A DNA stretch of 64,000 bases, from the NCBI RefSeq assembly GCF_009914755.1, contig NC_060939.1; one strand, given 5' to 3'. Source of the DNA: the human T2T-CHM13v2.0 reference genome, Homo sapiens. The notes under the pieces were generated by a model. That model saw only the letters and a program-made list of their open reading frames with translations. It made no database searches and was not told the DNA's origin. Below, piece by piece: positions 40,801 to 56,200 of the stretch. The stretch's first letter is position 1. The number at the start of each line of letters is the position of its first letter. The position numbers and the translations under genes were made by a program.

Positions 40801-43800
40801 TATTTCATTCCATTCGATTCCCTTCCATTGGACTCCTTTCCATTCGAGTGCATTCCATTCCGTTCCATTTCTTTCCGTTCTGTACGATTCCTACCGTTCG
40901 ATTTCATTTTGTTCCAGTCCATTCCTTTCGCGTCCATTCCATTCCATTTCACTCCATTCGATTCCATTCCACTCGATTCCACTTCGTTCCATTTCATTGC
41001 ATTCCATTCCATTCAACTCTATTGCCTTCCATTCCATTCCATTCGATTACATTCCATGCGATTCCATTCGAAATCGAATCAATTACATTGCAAACCATTA
41101 CTATTGAGTCCGTTTTATTCCAGTCCACTGCATTCTGGTCCATTCCATTTGATTCCATTCCATTCTATTCCATTACATACAGTTGCATTCCATTGGATTC
41201 CATGCTATATCTATAAATTCAATTCGAGACCATTGCTTTTGAGTCCATTCTATATGATTCCATTCCATTCAAGTCCATTACATTTGGTTCAATTCCATTC
41301 CATTCCATTCCCTTTCATTCCATTCCATTTGATATCAATCCATTCGATTCCATTCCATTCGAGCACATTCCATTCGAGTCCATTCCATTCGATGCCATTC
41401 CATTTGATTCTATTCCAATAGTCTCCATTCAATTCCATTAATCTCCATTCCATTCCATTCTACTCCAACTGATTCCATTCCATTCTATTCCTTTCCATTC
41501 CATTTCATTCCATTGCATTCCATTTCATTCCATTCCATTCCATTCGTGTCCATTCCACTCCAGTCCATTCCATTCGTGTCCATTCCATTCCAGTCCATTC
41601 CATTTGTGTCCACTGCATTCCATTCCACTCCATTCCATATTATTCCATTACACTCCATTCCATTCTATTACTTTCATTTCCATTCAATTCCATTCCATTT
41701 CATTCCATTCCACTCGGTTTCATTCCATTTGAGTCCACTCCATTCCATTCCATTCCATTCCATTCAGTTCCATTCCATTCTGTTCCATTCCATTCCGTTC
41801 CATTCCATTCCATTCCATTCGGTACCATTCCATACTGTTCCATTCGATTCCATTCGAATCCATTCCATTCCAGTCCATTCCATTCGATTCCATTCCATTC
41901 ATTTCAATTCCATTCCATTCCATTCCATTACATTCCACTTGATTCCTCTCCATTCCCTTCCACTGCATTCCGTTCGATTCCATTCCATTGCATTGCATTC
42001 CATTCCATTGGATTGCATTCCATTCGATTCCATTCCATTCGAATCAATTACATAGCAATCCATTACATTCGAGTCTATTCTATTCCGTTCCATTCGATTT
42101 CGTTCCAATCCATTCGATTCCATTCCATTCGATTCCATTCCATACTATTGCATTCCATTCGATTACATTATATTCGAATAAGTTCCATTCAAGACCATTT
42201 CTTTTGAGTCCATTCTATTTGAGTCCATTCCCTTTGATTCCATAACATTTGAGTCCATTCAATTCCATTCCTTTCGTTTCCATTCCATTTGATGCCATTC
42301 CATTCAATTCTGTTCTACTCGACTCCAATACATTCAATTCCATTCCATCCGATTCCATTACATTCTTTTCATTTCTTATCCATTTCAAGCCATTCCACTC
42401 CATTCCATTCCACTCGTTTCCTTTCCATTCGAGTCCATTCCTCTCCAGTCCATTCCGTTCAATCCATTCCATTCCAGTCCATTCCATTCGAGTCCGTTCC
42501 ATTCCAGTCCATTCCATTCGAGTCAATTCCATCCCATTCGATGTCTTTCCATAACGATCCATTCCATTCTATTCCTTTCGATTCCATTCCATTCTATTTC
42601 ATTCCATTCGATTCCCTTCCATTGGACTCCTTTCCATTCGAGTGCATTCCATTCCGTTCCATTTCTTTCCGTTCTGTACGATTCCTACCGTTCGATTTCA
42701 TTTTGTTCCAGTCCATTCCTTTCGCGTCCATTCCATTCCATTTCACTCCATTCGATTCCATTCCACTCGATTCCACTTCGTTCCATTTCATTGCATTCCA
42801 TTCTATTCAACTCTATTGCCTTCCATTCCATTCCATTCGATTACATTCCATGCGATTCCATTCGAAATCGAATCAATTACATTGCAATCCATTACTATTG
42901 AGTCCATTTTATTCCAGTCCACGGCATTCTGGTCCATTCCATTTGATTCCATTCCATTCTATTCCATTCCATACAGTTGCATTCCATTGAACTCCATTCT
43001 ATATCTATAAATTCAATTGGAGACCATTGCTTTTGAGTCCATTCTATATGATTCCATTCCATTCAAGTCCATTACATTTGGTTCAATTCCATTCCATTCC
43101 ATTCCCTTCCATTCCATTCCAGTTGATATCAATCCATTCGATTCCATTCCATTCGAGCACATTCCATTCGAGTCCATTCCATTCGATGCCATTCCATTTG
43201 ATTCTATTCCATTAGTCTCCATTCAATTCCATTAATCTCCATTCCATTCCATTCTACTCCAACTGATTCCATTCCATTCTATTCCTTTCCATTCCATTTC
43301 ATTCCATTCCATTCCATTTCATTCCATTCCATTCCATTCCATTCCATTCGCTTCCATTCCATTCGTGTCCATTGCATTCCAGTCCATTCCATTTGTGTCC
43401 ACTGCATTCCATTCCACTCCATTCCATATTATTCCATTACACTCCATTCCATTCTATTACTTTCATTTCCATTGAATTCCATTCCATTTGATTCCATTCC
43501 ACTCGGTTTCATTCCATTTGAGTCCACTCCACTCCATTCCATTCCATTCCATTCCATTCTGTTCCATTCCATTCTGTTCCATTCCATTCCGTTCCATTGC
43601 ATTCCATTCCATTCGGTACCATTCCATATTGTTCCATTCGATTCCATTCGAATCCATTCCATTCCAGTCCATTCCATTTGATTCCATTCCATTCCTTTCA
43701 ATTCCATTCCATTCCATTCCATCCACTTGATTCCACTCCATTCCCTTCCACTGCATTCCATTGCATTGCATTCCATTCCATTGGACTGCATTCCATTCGA

Positions 43801-46800
43801 TTCCATTCCATTCGAATCAATTACATAGCAATCCATTACATTCGAGTCTATTCTATTCCGTTCCATTCGATTTCGTTCCAATCCATTCGATTCCATTCCA
43901 TTCGATTCCATTCCATACTATTGCATTCCATTCTATTACATTATATTCGAATAAGTTCCATTCAAGACCATTTCTTTTGAGTCCATTCTATTTGAGTCCA
44001 TTCCCTTTGATTCCATAACATTTGAGTCCATTCAATTCCATTCCTTTCGTTTCCATTCCATTTGATGCCATTCCATTCAATTCTGTTCTACTCGACTCCA
44101 ATACATTCAATTCCATTCCATCCGATTCCATTACATTCTTTTCATTTCTTATCCATTTCAAGCCATTCCACTCCATTCCATTCCACTCGTTTCCTTTCCA
44201 TTCGAGTCCATTCCTCTCCAGTCCATTCCGTTCAATCCATTCCATTCCAGTCCATTCCATTCGAGTCCGTTCCATTCCAGTCCATTCCATTCGAGTCAAT
44301 TCCATTTCATTCGATGTCTTTCCATAACGATCCATTCCATTCTATTCCTTTCGATTCCGTTCCATTCTATTTCATTCCATTCGATTCCCTTCCATTGGAC
44401 TCCTTTCCATTCGAGTGCATTCCATTCCGTTCCATTGCTTTCCGTTCTGTACGATTCCTACCGTTTGATTTCATTTTGTTCCAGTCCATTCTTTCGCGTC
44501 CATTCCATTCCATTTCACTCCATTCGATTCCATTCCACTCGATTCCACTTCGTTCCATTTCATTGCATTCCATTCTATTCAACTCTATTGCCTTCCATTC
44601 CATTCCATTCGATTACATTCCATGCGATTCCATTCGAAATTGAATCAATTACATTGCAATCCATTACTATTGAGTCCCTTTTATTCCAGTCCACTGCATT
44701 CTGGTCCATTCCATTTGATTCCATTCCATTCTATTCCATTCCATACAGTTGCATTCCATTGGATTCCATGCTATATCTATAAATTCAATTCGAGACCATT
44801 GCTTTTGAGTCCATTCTATATGATTCCATTCCATTCAACTCCATTACATTTGGTTAAATTCCATTCCATTCGGTTTAATTCCATTCCATTCCATTCCCTT
44901 CCATTCCATTCCAGTTGATATCAATCCATTCGATTCCATTCCATTCGAGCACATTCCATTCGAGTCCATTCCATTCGATGCCATTCCATTTGATTCTATT
45001 CCATTAGTCTCCATTCAATTCCATTAATCTCCATTCCATTCCATTCTACTCCAACTGATTCCATTCCATTCTATTCCTTTCCATTCCATTTCATTCCATT
45101 CCATTCCATTCCATTCCATTCCATTCCATTCGTGTCCATTCCACTCCAGTCCATTCCATTCGTATCCATTCCATTCCAGTCCATTCCATTTGTGTCCACT
45201 GCATTCCATTCCACTCCATTCCATATTATTCCATTACACTCCATTCCATTCTATTACTTTCATTTCCATTCAATTCCATTCCATTTGATTCCATTCCACT
45301 CGGTTTCATTCCATTTGAGTCCACTCCATTCCATTCCATTCCATTCAATTCCATTCCATTCTGTTCCATTCCATTCCGTTCCATTACATTCCATTCCATT
45401 AGGTACCATTCCATATTGTTCCATTCGATTCCATTCGAATCCATTCCATTCCAGTCCATTCCATTCGATTCCATTCCATTCAATTCAATTCCATTCCATT
45501 CCATTCCATTACATTCCACTTGATTCCTCTCCATTCCCTTCCACTGCATTCCGTTCGATTCCATTCCATTGCATTGCATTCCATTCCATTGGATTGCATT
45601 CCATTCGATTCCATTCCATTCGAATCAATTACATACCAATCCATTACATTCGAGTCTATTCTCTTCCGTTCCATTCGATTTCGTTCCAATCCATTCGATT
45701 CCATTCCATTCGATTCCATTCCATACTATTGCATTCCATTCGATTACATTATATTCGAATAAGTTCCATTCAAGACCATTTCTTTTGAGTCCATTCTATT
45801 TGAGTCCATTCCCTTTGATTCCATAACATTTGAGTCCATTCAATTCCATTCCTTTCGTTTCCATTCCATTTGATGCCATTCCATTCAATTCTGTTCTACT
45901 CGACTCCAATACATTCAATTCCATTCCATCCGATTCCATTACATTCTTTTCATTTCTTATCCATTTCAAGCCATTCCACTCCATTCCATTCCACTCGCTT
46001 CCTTTCCATTCGAGTCCATTCCTCTCCAGTCCATTCCGTTCAATCCATTCCATTCCAGTCCATTCCATTCGAGTCCGTTCCATTCCAGTCCATTCCATTC
46101 GAGTCAATTCCATTCCATTCGATGTCTTTCCATAACGATCCATTCCATTCTATTCCTTTCGATTCCATTCCATTCTATTTCATTCCATTCGATTCCCTTC
46201 CATTGGACTCCTTTCCATTCGAGTGCATTCCATTCCGTTCCATTTCTTTCCGTTCTGTACGATTCCTACCGTTCGATTTCATTTTGTTCCAGTCCATTCC
46301 TTTCGCGTCCATTCCATTCCATTTCACTCCATTCGATTCCATTCCACTCGATTCCACTTCGTTCCATTTCATTGCATTCCATTCTATTCAACTCTATTGC
46401 CTTCCATTCCATTCCATTCGATTACATTCCATGCGATTCCATTCGAAATCGAATCAATTACATTGCAATCCATTACTATTGAGTCCGTTTTATTCCAGTC
46501 CACTGCATTCTGGTCCATTCCATTTGATTCCATTCCATTCTATTCCATACCATACAGTAGCATTCCATTGGATTCCATGCTATATCTATAAATTCAATTG
46601 GAGACCATTGCTTTTGAGTCCATTCTATATGATTCCATTCCATTCAACTCCATTACATTTGGTTAAATTCCATTCCATTCGGTTTAATTCCATTCCATTC
46701 CATTCCCTTCCATTCCATTCCAGTTGATATCAATCCATTCGATTCCATTCCATTCGAGCACATTCCATTCGATGCCATTCCATTTGATTGTATTCCATTA

Positions 46801-49800
46801 GTCTCCATTCAATTCCATTAATCTCCATTCCATTCCATTCTACTCCAACTGATTCCATTCCATTCTATTCCATTCCATTCCATTTCATTCCATTCCATTC
46901 CATTTCATTCCATTCCATTCCATTCGTGTCCATTCCACTGCAGTCCATTCCATTCGTGTCCATTCCTTTCCAGTCCATTCGATTTGTGTCCACTGCATTC
47001 AATTCCACTCCATTCCATATTATTCCATTACACTCCATTCCATTCTATTACTTTCATTTCCATTCAATTCCATTCCATTTGATTCCATTCCACTCGGTTT
47101 CATTCCATTTGAGTCCACTCCATTCCATTCCATTCCATTCCATTCAGTTCCATTCCATTCTGTTCCATTCCATTCCGTTCCATTACATTCCATTCCATTC
47201 GGTACCATTCCATATTGTTCCATTCGATTCCATTGGAATCCATTCCATTCCAGTCCATTCCATTCGATTCCATTCCATTCATTTCAATTCCATTCCATTC
47301 CATTCCATTACATTCCACTTGATTCCTCTCCATTCCCTTCCACTGCATTCCGTTCGATTCCATTCCATTGCATTGCCTTCCATTCCATTGGATTGCATTC
47401 CATTCGATTCCATTCCATTCGAATCAATTACATACCAATCCATTACATTCGAGTCTATTCTATTCCGTTCCATTCGATTTCGTTCCAATCCATTCGATTC
47501 CATTCCATTCGATTCCATTCCATACTATTGCATTCCATTCGATTACATTATATTCGAATAAGTTCCATTCAAGACCATTTCTTTTGAGTCCATTCTATTT
47601 GAGTCCATTCCCTTTGATTCCATAACATTTGAGTCCATTCAATTCCATTCCTTTCGTTTCCATTCCATTTGATGCCATTCCATTCAATTCTGTTCTACTC
47701 GACTCCAATACATTCAATTCCATTCCATCCGATTCCATTACATTCTTTTCATTTCTTATCCATTTCAAGCCATTCCACTCCATTCCATTCCACTCGTTTC
47801 CTTTCCATTCGAGTCCATTCCTCTCCAGTCCATTCCGTTCAATCCATTCCATTCCAGTCCATTCCATTCGAGTCCGTTCCATTCCAGTCCATTCCATTCG
47901 AGTCAATTCCATTCCATTCGATGTCTTTCCATAACGATCCATTCCATTCTATTCCTTTCGATTCCATTCCATTCTATTTCATTCCATTCGATTCCCTTCC
48001 ATTGGACTCCTTTCCATTCGAGTGCATTCCATTCCGTTCCATTTCTTTCCGTTCTGTACGATTCCTACCGTTCGATTTCATTTTGTTCCAGTCCATTCCT
48101 TTCGCGTACATTCCATTCCATTTCACTCCATTCGATTCCATTCCACTCGATTCCACTTCGTTCCATTTCATTGCATTCCATTCTATTCAACTCTATTGCC
48201 TTCCATTCCATTCCATTCGATTACATTCCATGCGATTCCATTCGAAATCGAATCAATTACATTGCAAACCATTACTATTGAGTCCGCTTTATTCCAGTCC
48301 ACTGCATTCTGGTCCATTCCATTTGATTCCATTCCATTCTATTCCATTCCATACAGTTGCATTCCATTGGATTCCATGCTATATCTATAAATTCAATTCG
48401 AGACCATTGCTTTTGAGTCCATTCTATATGATTCCATTCCATTCAAGTCCATTACATTTGGTTCAATTCCATTCCATTCCATTCCCTTCCATTCCACTCC
48501 AGTTGATATCAATCCATTCGATTCCATTCCATTCGAGCACATTCCATTCGAGTCCATTCCATTCGATGCCATTCCGTTTGATTCTATTCCATTAGTCTCC
48601 ATTCAATTCCATTAATCTCCATTCCATTCCATTCTACTCCAACTGATTCCATTCCATTCTATTCCTTTCCATTCCATTTCATTCCATTGCATTCCATTTC
48701 ATTCCATTCCATTCCATTCGTGTCCATTCCACTCCAGTCCATTCCATTCGTGTCCATTCCATTCCAGTCCATTCCATTTGTGTCCACTGCATTCCATTCC
48801 ACTCCATTCCATATTATTCCATTACACTCCATTCCATTCTATTACTTTCATTTCCATTCAATTCCATTCCATTTGATTCCATTCCACTCGGTTTCATTCC
48901 ATTTGAGTCCACTCCATTCCATTCCATTCCATTCCATTCAGTTCCATTCCATTCTGTTCCATTCCATTCCGTTCCATTACATTCCATTCCATTCGGTACC
49001 ATTCCATATTGTTCCATTCGATTCCATTCGAATCCATTCCATTCCAGTGCATTCCATTCGATTCCATTCCATTCATTTCAATTCCATTCCATTCCATTCC
49101 ATTACATTCCACTTGATTCCTCTCCATTCCCTTCCACTGCATTCCGTTCGATTCCATTCCATTGCATTGCATTCCATTCCATTGGATTGCATTCCATTCG
49201 ATTCCATTCCATTCGAATCAATTACATAGCAATCCATTACATTCGAGTCTATTCTATTCCGTTCCATTCGATTTCGTTCCAATCCATTCGATTCCATTCC
49301 ATTCGATTCCATTCCATACTATTGCATTCCATTCGATTACATTATATTCGAATAAGTTCCATTCAAGACCATTTCTTTTGAGTCCATTCTATTTGAGTCC
49401 ATTCCCTTTGATTCCATAACATTTGAGTCCATTCAATTCCATTCCTTTCGTTTCCATTCCATTTGATGCCATTCCATTCAATTCTGTTCTACTCGACTCC
49501 AATACATTCAATTCCATTCCATCCGATTCCATTACATTCTTTTCATTTCTTATCCATTTCAAGCCATTCCACTCCATTCCATTCCACTCGTTTCCTTTCC
49601 ATTCGAGTCCATTCCTCTCCAGTCCATTCCGTTCAATCCATTCCATTCCAGTCCATTCCATTCGAGTCCGTTCCATTCCAGTCCATTCCATTCGAGTCAA
49701 TTCCATCCCATTCGATGTCTTTCCATAACGATCCATTCCATTCTATTCCTTTCGATTCCATTCCATTCTATTTCATTCCATTCGATTCCCTTCCATTGGA

Positions 49801-51400
49801 CTCCTTTCCATTCGAGTGCATTCCATTCCGTTCCATTTCTTTCCGTTCTGTACGATTCCTACCGTTCGATTTCATTTTGTTCCAGTCCATTCCTTTCGCG
49901 TCCATTCCATTCCATTTCACTCCATTCGATTCCATTCCACTCGATTCCACTTCGTTCCATTTCATTGCATTCCATTCTATTCAACTCTATTGCCTTCCAT
50001 TCCATTCCATTCGATTACATTCCATGCGATTCCATTCGAAATCGAATCAATTACATTGCAATCCATTACTATTGAGTCCATTTTATTCCAGTCCACTGCA
50101 TTCTGGTCCATTCCATTTGATTCCATTCCATTCTATTCCATTCCATACAGTTGCATTCCATTGAACTCCATTCTATATCTATAAATTCAATTCGAGACCA
50201 TTGCTTTTGAGTCCATTCTATATGATTCCATTCCATTCAAGTCCATTACATTTGGTTCAATTCCATTCCATTCCATTCCCTTCCATTCCATTCCAGTTGA
50301 TATCAATCCATTCGATTCCATTCCATTCGAGCACATTCCATTCGAGTCCATTCCATTCGATGCCATTCCATTTGATTCTATTCCATTAGTCTCCATTCAA
50401 TTCCATTAATCTCCATTCCATTCCATTCCATTCTACTCCAACTGATTCCATTCCATTCTATTCCTTTCCATTCCATTTCATTCCATTCCATTCCATTTCA
50501 TTCCATTCCATTCCATTCCATTCCATTCGCTTCCATTCCATTCGTGTCCATTGCATTCCAGTCCATTCCATTTGTGTCCACTGCATTCCATTCCACTCCA
50601 TTCCATATTATTCCATTACACTCCATTCCATTCTATTACTTTCATTTCCATTGAATTCCATTCCATTTGATTCCATTCCACTCGGTTTCATTCCATTTGA
50701 GTCCACTCCACTCCATTCCATTCCATTCCATTCCATTCAGTTCCATTCCATTCTGTTCCATTCCATTCCGTTCCATTGCATTCCATTCCATTCGGTACCA
50801 TTCCATATTGTTCCATTCGATTCCATTCGAATCCATTCCATTCCAGTCCATTCCATTCGATTCCATTCCATTCCTTTCAATTCCATTCCATTCCATTCCA
50901 TTCCACTTGATTCCACTCCATTCCCTTCCACTGCATTCCATTGCATTGCATTGCATTCCATTGGACTGCATTCCATTCGATTCCATTCCATTCGAATCAA
51001 TTACATAGCAATCCATTACATTCGAGTCTATTCTATTCCGTTCCATTCGATTTCGTTCCAATCCATTCGATTCCATTCCATTCGATTCCATTCCATACTA
51101 TTGCATTCCATTCGATTACATTATATTCGAATAAGTTCCATTCAAGACCATTTCTTTTGAGTCCATTCTATTTGAGTCCATTCCCTTTGATTCCATAACA
51201 TTTGAGTCCATTCAATTCCATTCCTTTCGTTTCCATTCCATTTGATGCCATTCCATTCAATTCTGTTCTACTCGACTCCAATACATTCAATTCCATTCCA
51301 TCCGATTCCATTACATTCTTTTCATTTCTTATCCATTTCAAGCCATTCCACTCCATTCCATTCCACTCGTTTCCTTTCCATTCGAGTCCATTCCTCTCCA
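37000..51400 (+). repeat. Nested tetramer duplication, period ~7174-7180 bp
   Basis: CTGCAG at 39764/46938, 'gcaaaccatt' at ~41090/48264, 'atcccattcg' at 42531/49705 and GAATTC at 43474/50653. ORF pairs are 40495/47669, 41513/48687, 42289/49463 and 43013/50187. Ends are approximate. Confidence 0.87.
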
Positions 51401-53299
51401 GTCCATTCCGTTCAATCCATTCCATTCCAGTCCATTCCATTCGAGTCCGTTCCATTCCAGTCCATTCCATTCGAGTCAATTCCATTCCATTCGATGTCTT
51501 TCCATAACGATCCATTCCATTCTATTCCTTTCGATTCCATTCCATTCTATTTCATTCCATTCGATTCCCTTCCATTGGACTCCTTTCCATTCGAGTGCAT
51601 TCTATTCCGTTCCATTTCTTTCCGTTCTGTACGATTCCTACCGTTCGATTTCATTTTGTTCCAGTCCATTCCTTTCGCGTCCATTCCATTCCATTTCACT
51701 CCATTCGATTCCATTCCACTCGATTCCACTTCGTTCCATTTCATTGCATTCCATTCTATTCAACTCTATTGCCTTCCATTCCATTCCATTCGATTACATT
51801 CCATGCGATTCCATTCGAAATCGAATCAATTACATTGCAATCCATTACTATTGAGTCCGTTTTATTCCAGTCCACTGCATTCTGGTCCATTCCATTTGAT
51901 TCCATTCCATTCTATTCCATTCCATACAGTTGCATTCCATTGGATTCCATGCTATATCTATAAATTCAATTCGAGACCATTGCTTTTGAGTCCATTCTAT
52001 ATGATTCCATTCCATTCAAGTCCATTACATTTGGTTAAATTCCATTCCATTCGGTTCAATTCCATTCCATTCCATTCCCTTCCATTCCATTCCAGTTGAT
52101 ATCAATCCATTCGATTCCATTCCATTCGAGCACATTCCATTCGAGTCCATTCCATTCGATGCCATTCCATTTGATTCTATTCCATTAGTCTCCATTCAAT
52201 TCCATTAATCTCCATTCCATTCCATTCTACTCCAACTGATTCCATTCCATTCTATTCCTTTCCATTCCATTTCATTCCATTCCATTCCATTCCATTCCAT
52301 TCCATTTGTGTCCATTCCACTCCAGTCCATTCCATTCGTATCCATTCCATTCCAGTCCATTCCATTTGTGTCCACTGCATTCCATTCCACTCCATTCCAT
52401 ATTATTCCATTACACTCCATTCCATTCTATTACTTTCATTTCCATTCAATTCCATTCCATTTGATTCCATTCCACTCGGTTTCATTCCATTTGAGTCCAC
52501 TCCATTCCATTCCATTCCATTCAGTTCCATTCCATTCTGTTCCATTCCATTCCGTTCCATTACATTCCATTCCATTCGGTACCATTCCATATTGTTCCAT
52601 TCGTTTCCATTCGAATCCATTCCATTCCAGTCCATTCCATTCGATTCCATTCCATTCATTTCAATTCCATTCCATTCCATTCCATTACATTCCACTTGAT
52701 TCCTCTCCATTCCCTTCCACTGCATTCCGTTCGATTCCATTCCATTGCATTGCATTCCATTCCATTGGATTGCATTCCATTCGATTCCATTCCATTCGAA
52801 TCAATTACGTAGCAATCCATTACATTCCAGTGTATTCTCTTCCGTTCCATTCGATTTCGTTCCAATCCATTCGATTCCATTCCATTCGATTCCATTCCAT
52901 ACTATTGCATTCCATTCGATTACATTATATTCGAATAAGTTCCATTCAAGACCATTTCTTTTGAGTCCATTCTATTTGAGTCCATTCCCTTTGATTCCAT
53001 GACATTTGAGTCCATTCAATTCCATTCCTTTCGTTTCCATTCCATTTGATGCCATTCCATTCAATTCTGTTCTACTCGACTCCAATACATTCAATTCCAT
53101 TCCATCCGATTCCATTACATTCTTTTCATTTCTTATCCATTTCAAGCCATTCCACTCCATTCCATTCCACTCGTTTCCTTTCCATTCGAGTCCATTCCTC
53201 TCCAGTCCATTCCATTCAATCCATTCCATTCCAGTCCATTCCATTCGAGTCCGTTCCATTCCAGTCCATTCCATTCGAGTCAATTCCATTCCATTCGAT

Positions 53300-56200
53300 G
53301 TCTTTCCATAACGATCCATTCCATTCTATTCCTTTCGATTCCATTCCATTCTATTTCATTCCATTCGATTCCCTTCCATTGGACTCCTTTCCATTCGAGT
53401 GCATTCCATTCCGTTCCATTTCTTTCCGTTCTGTACGATTCCTACCGTTCGATTTCATTTTCTTCCAGTCCATTCTTTCGCGTCCATTCCATTCCATTTC
53501 ACTCCATTCGATTCCATTCCACTCGATTCCACTTCGTTCCATTTCATTGCATTCCATTCTATTCAACTCTATTGCCTTCCATTCCATTCCATTCGATTAC
53601 ATTCCATGCGATTCCATTCGAAATCGAATCAATTACATTGCAATCCATTACTATTGAGTCCGTTTTATTCCAGTCCACTGCATTCTGGTCCATTCCATTT
53701 GATTCCATTCCATTCTATTCCATTCCATACAGTTGCATTCCATTGGATTCCATGCTATATCTATAAATTCAATTCGAGACCATTGCTTTTGAGTCCATTC
53801 TATATGATTCCATTCCATTCAAGTCCATTACATTTGGTTAAATTCCATTCCATTCGGTTCAATTCCATTCCATTCCATTCCCTTCCATTCCATTCCAGTT
53901 GATATCAATCCATTCGATTCCATTCCATTGGAGCACATTCCATTCGAGTCCATTCCATTCGATGCCATTCCATTTGATTCTATTCCATTAGTCTCCATTC
54001 AATTCCATTAATCTCCATTTCATTCCATTCTACTCCAACTGATTCCATTCCATTCTATTCCTTTCCATTCCATTTCATTCCATTCCATTCCATTCCATTC
54101 CATTCCATTCGTGTCCATTCCACTCCAGTCCATTCCATTCGTATCCATTCCATTCCAGTCCATTCCATTTGTGTCCACTGCATTCCATTCCACTCCATTC
54201 CATATTATTCCATTACACTCCATTCCATTCTATTACTTTCATTTCCATTCAATTCCATTCCATTTGATTCCATTCCACTCGGTTTCATTCCATTTGAGTC
54301 CACTCCATTCCATTCCATTCCATTCAGTTCCATTCCATTCTGTTCCATTCCATTCCGTTCCGTTACATTCCATTCCATTCGGTACCATTCCATATTGTTC
54401 CATTCGATTCCATTCGAATCCATTCCATTCCAGTCCATTCCATTCGATTCCATTCCATTCATTTCAATTCCATTCCATTCCATTCCATTACATTCCACTT
54501 GATTCCTCTCCATTCCCTTCCACTGCATTCCGTTCGATTCCATTCCATTGCATTGCATTCCATTCCATTGGATTGCATTCCATTCGATTCCATTCCATTC
54601 GAATCAATTACATAGCAATCCATTACATTCGAGTCTATTCTCTTCCGTTCCATTCGATTTCGTTCCAATCCATTCGATTCCATTCCATTCGATTCCATTC
54701 CATACTATTGCATTCCATTCGATTACATTATATTCGAATAAGTTCCATTCAAGACCATTTCTTTTGAGTCCATTCTATTTGAGTCCATTCCCTTTGATTC
54801 CATAACATTTGAGTCCATTCAATTCCATTCCTTTCGTTTCCATTCCATTTGATGCCATTCCATTCAATTCTGTTCTACTCGACTCCAATACATTCAATTC
54901 CATTCCATCCGATTCCATTACATTCTTTTCATTTCTTATCCATTTCAAGCCATTCCACTCCATTCCATTCCACTCGTTTCCTTTCCATTCGAGTCCATTC
55001 CTCTCCAGTCCATTCCGTTCAATCCATTCCATTCCAGTCCATTCCATTCGAGTCCGTTCCATTCCAGTCCATTCCATTCGAGTCAATTCCATTCCATTCG
55101 ATGTCTTTCCATAACGATCCATTCCATTCTATTCCTTTCGATTCCATTCCATTCTATTTCATTCCATTCGATTCCCTTCCATTGGACTCCTTTCCATTCG
55201 AGTGCATTCCATTCCGTTCCATTTCTTTCCGTTCTGTACGATTCCTACCGTTCGATTTCATTTTCTTCCAGTCCATTCTTTCGCGTCCATTCCATTCCAT
55301 TTCACTCCATTCGATTCCATTCCACTCGATTCCACTTCGTTCCATTTCATTGCATTCCATTCTATTCAACTCTATTGCCTTCCATTCCATTCCATTCGAT
55401 TACATTCCATGCGATTCCATTCGAAATCGAATCAATTACATTGCAATCCATTACTATTGAGTCCGTTTTATTCCAGTCCACTGCATTCTGGTCCATTCCA
55501 TTTGATTCCATTCCATTCTATTCCATTCCATACAGTTGCATTCCATTGGATTCCATGCTATATCTATAAATTCAATTCGAGACCATTGCTTTTGAGTCCA
55601 TTCTATATGATTCCATTCCATTCAAGTCCATTACATTTGGTTAAATTCCATTCCATTCGGTTCAATTCCATTCCATTCCATTCCCTTCCATTCCATTCCA
55701 GTTGATATCAATCCATTCGATTCCATTCCATTCGAGCACATTCCATTCGAGTCCATTCCATTCGATGCCATTCCATTTTATTCTATTCCATTAGTCTCCA
55801 TTCAATTCCATTAATCTCCATTCCATTCCATTCTACTCCAACTGATTCCATTCCATTCTATTCCTTTTTATTCCATTCCATTCCATTCCATTCCATTCCA
55901 TTCCATTCCATTCCATTCGTGTCCATTCCACTCCAGTCCATTCCATTCGTATCCATTCCATTCCAGTCCATTCCATTTGTGTCCACTGCATTCCATTCCA
56001 CTCCATTCCATATTATTCCATTACACTCCATTCCATTCTATTACTTTCATTTCCTTTCAATTCCATTCCATTTGATTCCATTCCACTCGGTTTCATTCTA
56101 TTTGAGTCCACTCCATTCCATTCCATTCCATTCAGTTCCATTCCATTCTGTTCCATTCCATTCCGTTCCATTACATTCCATTCCATTCGGTACCATTCCA

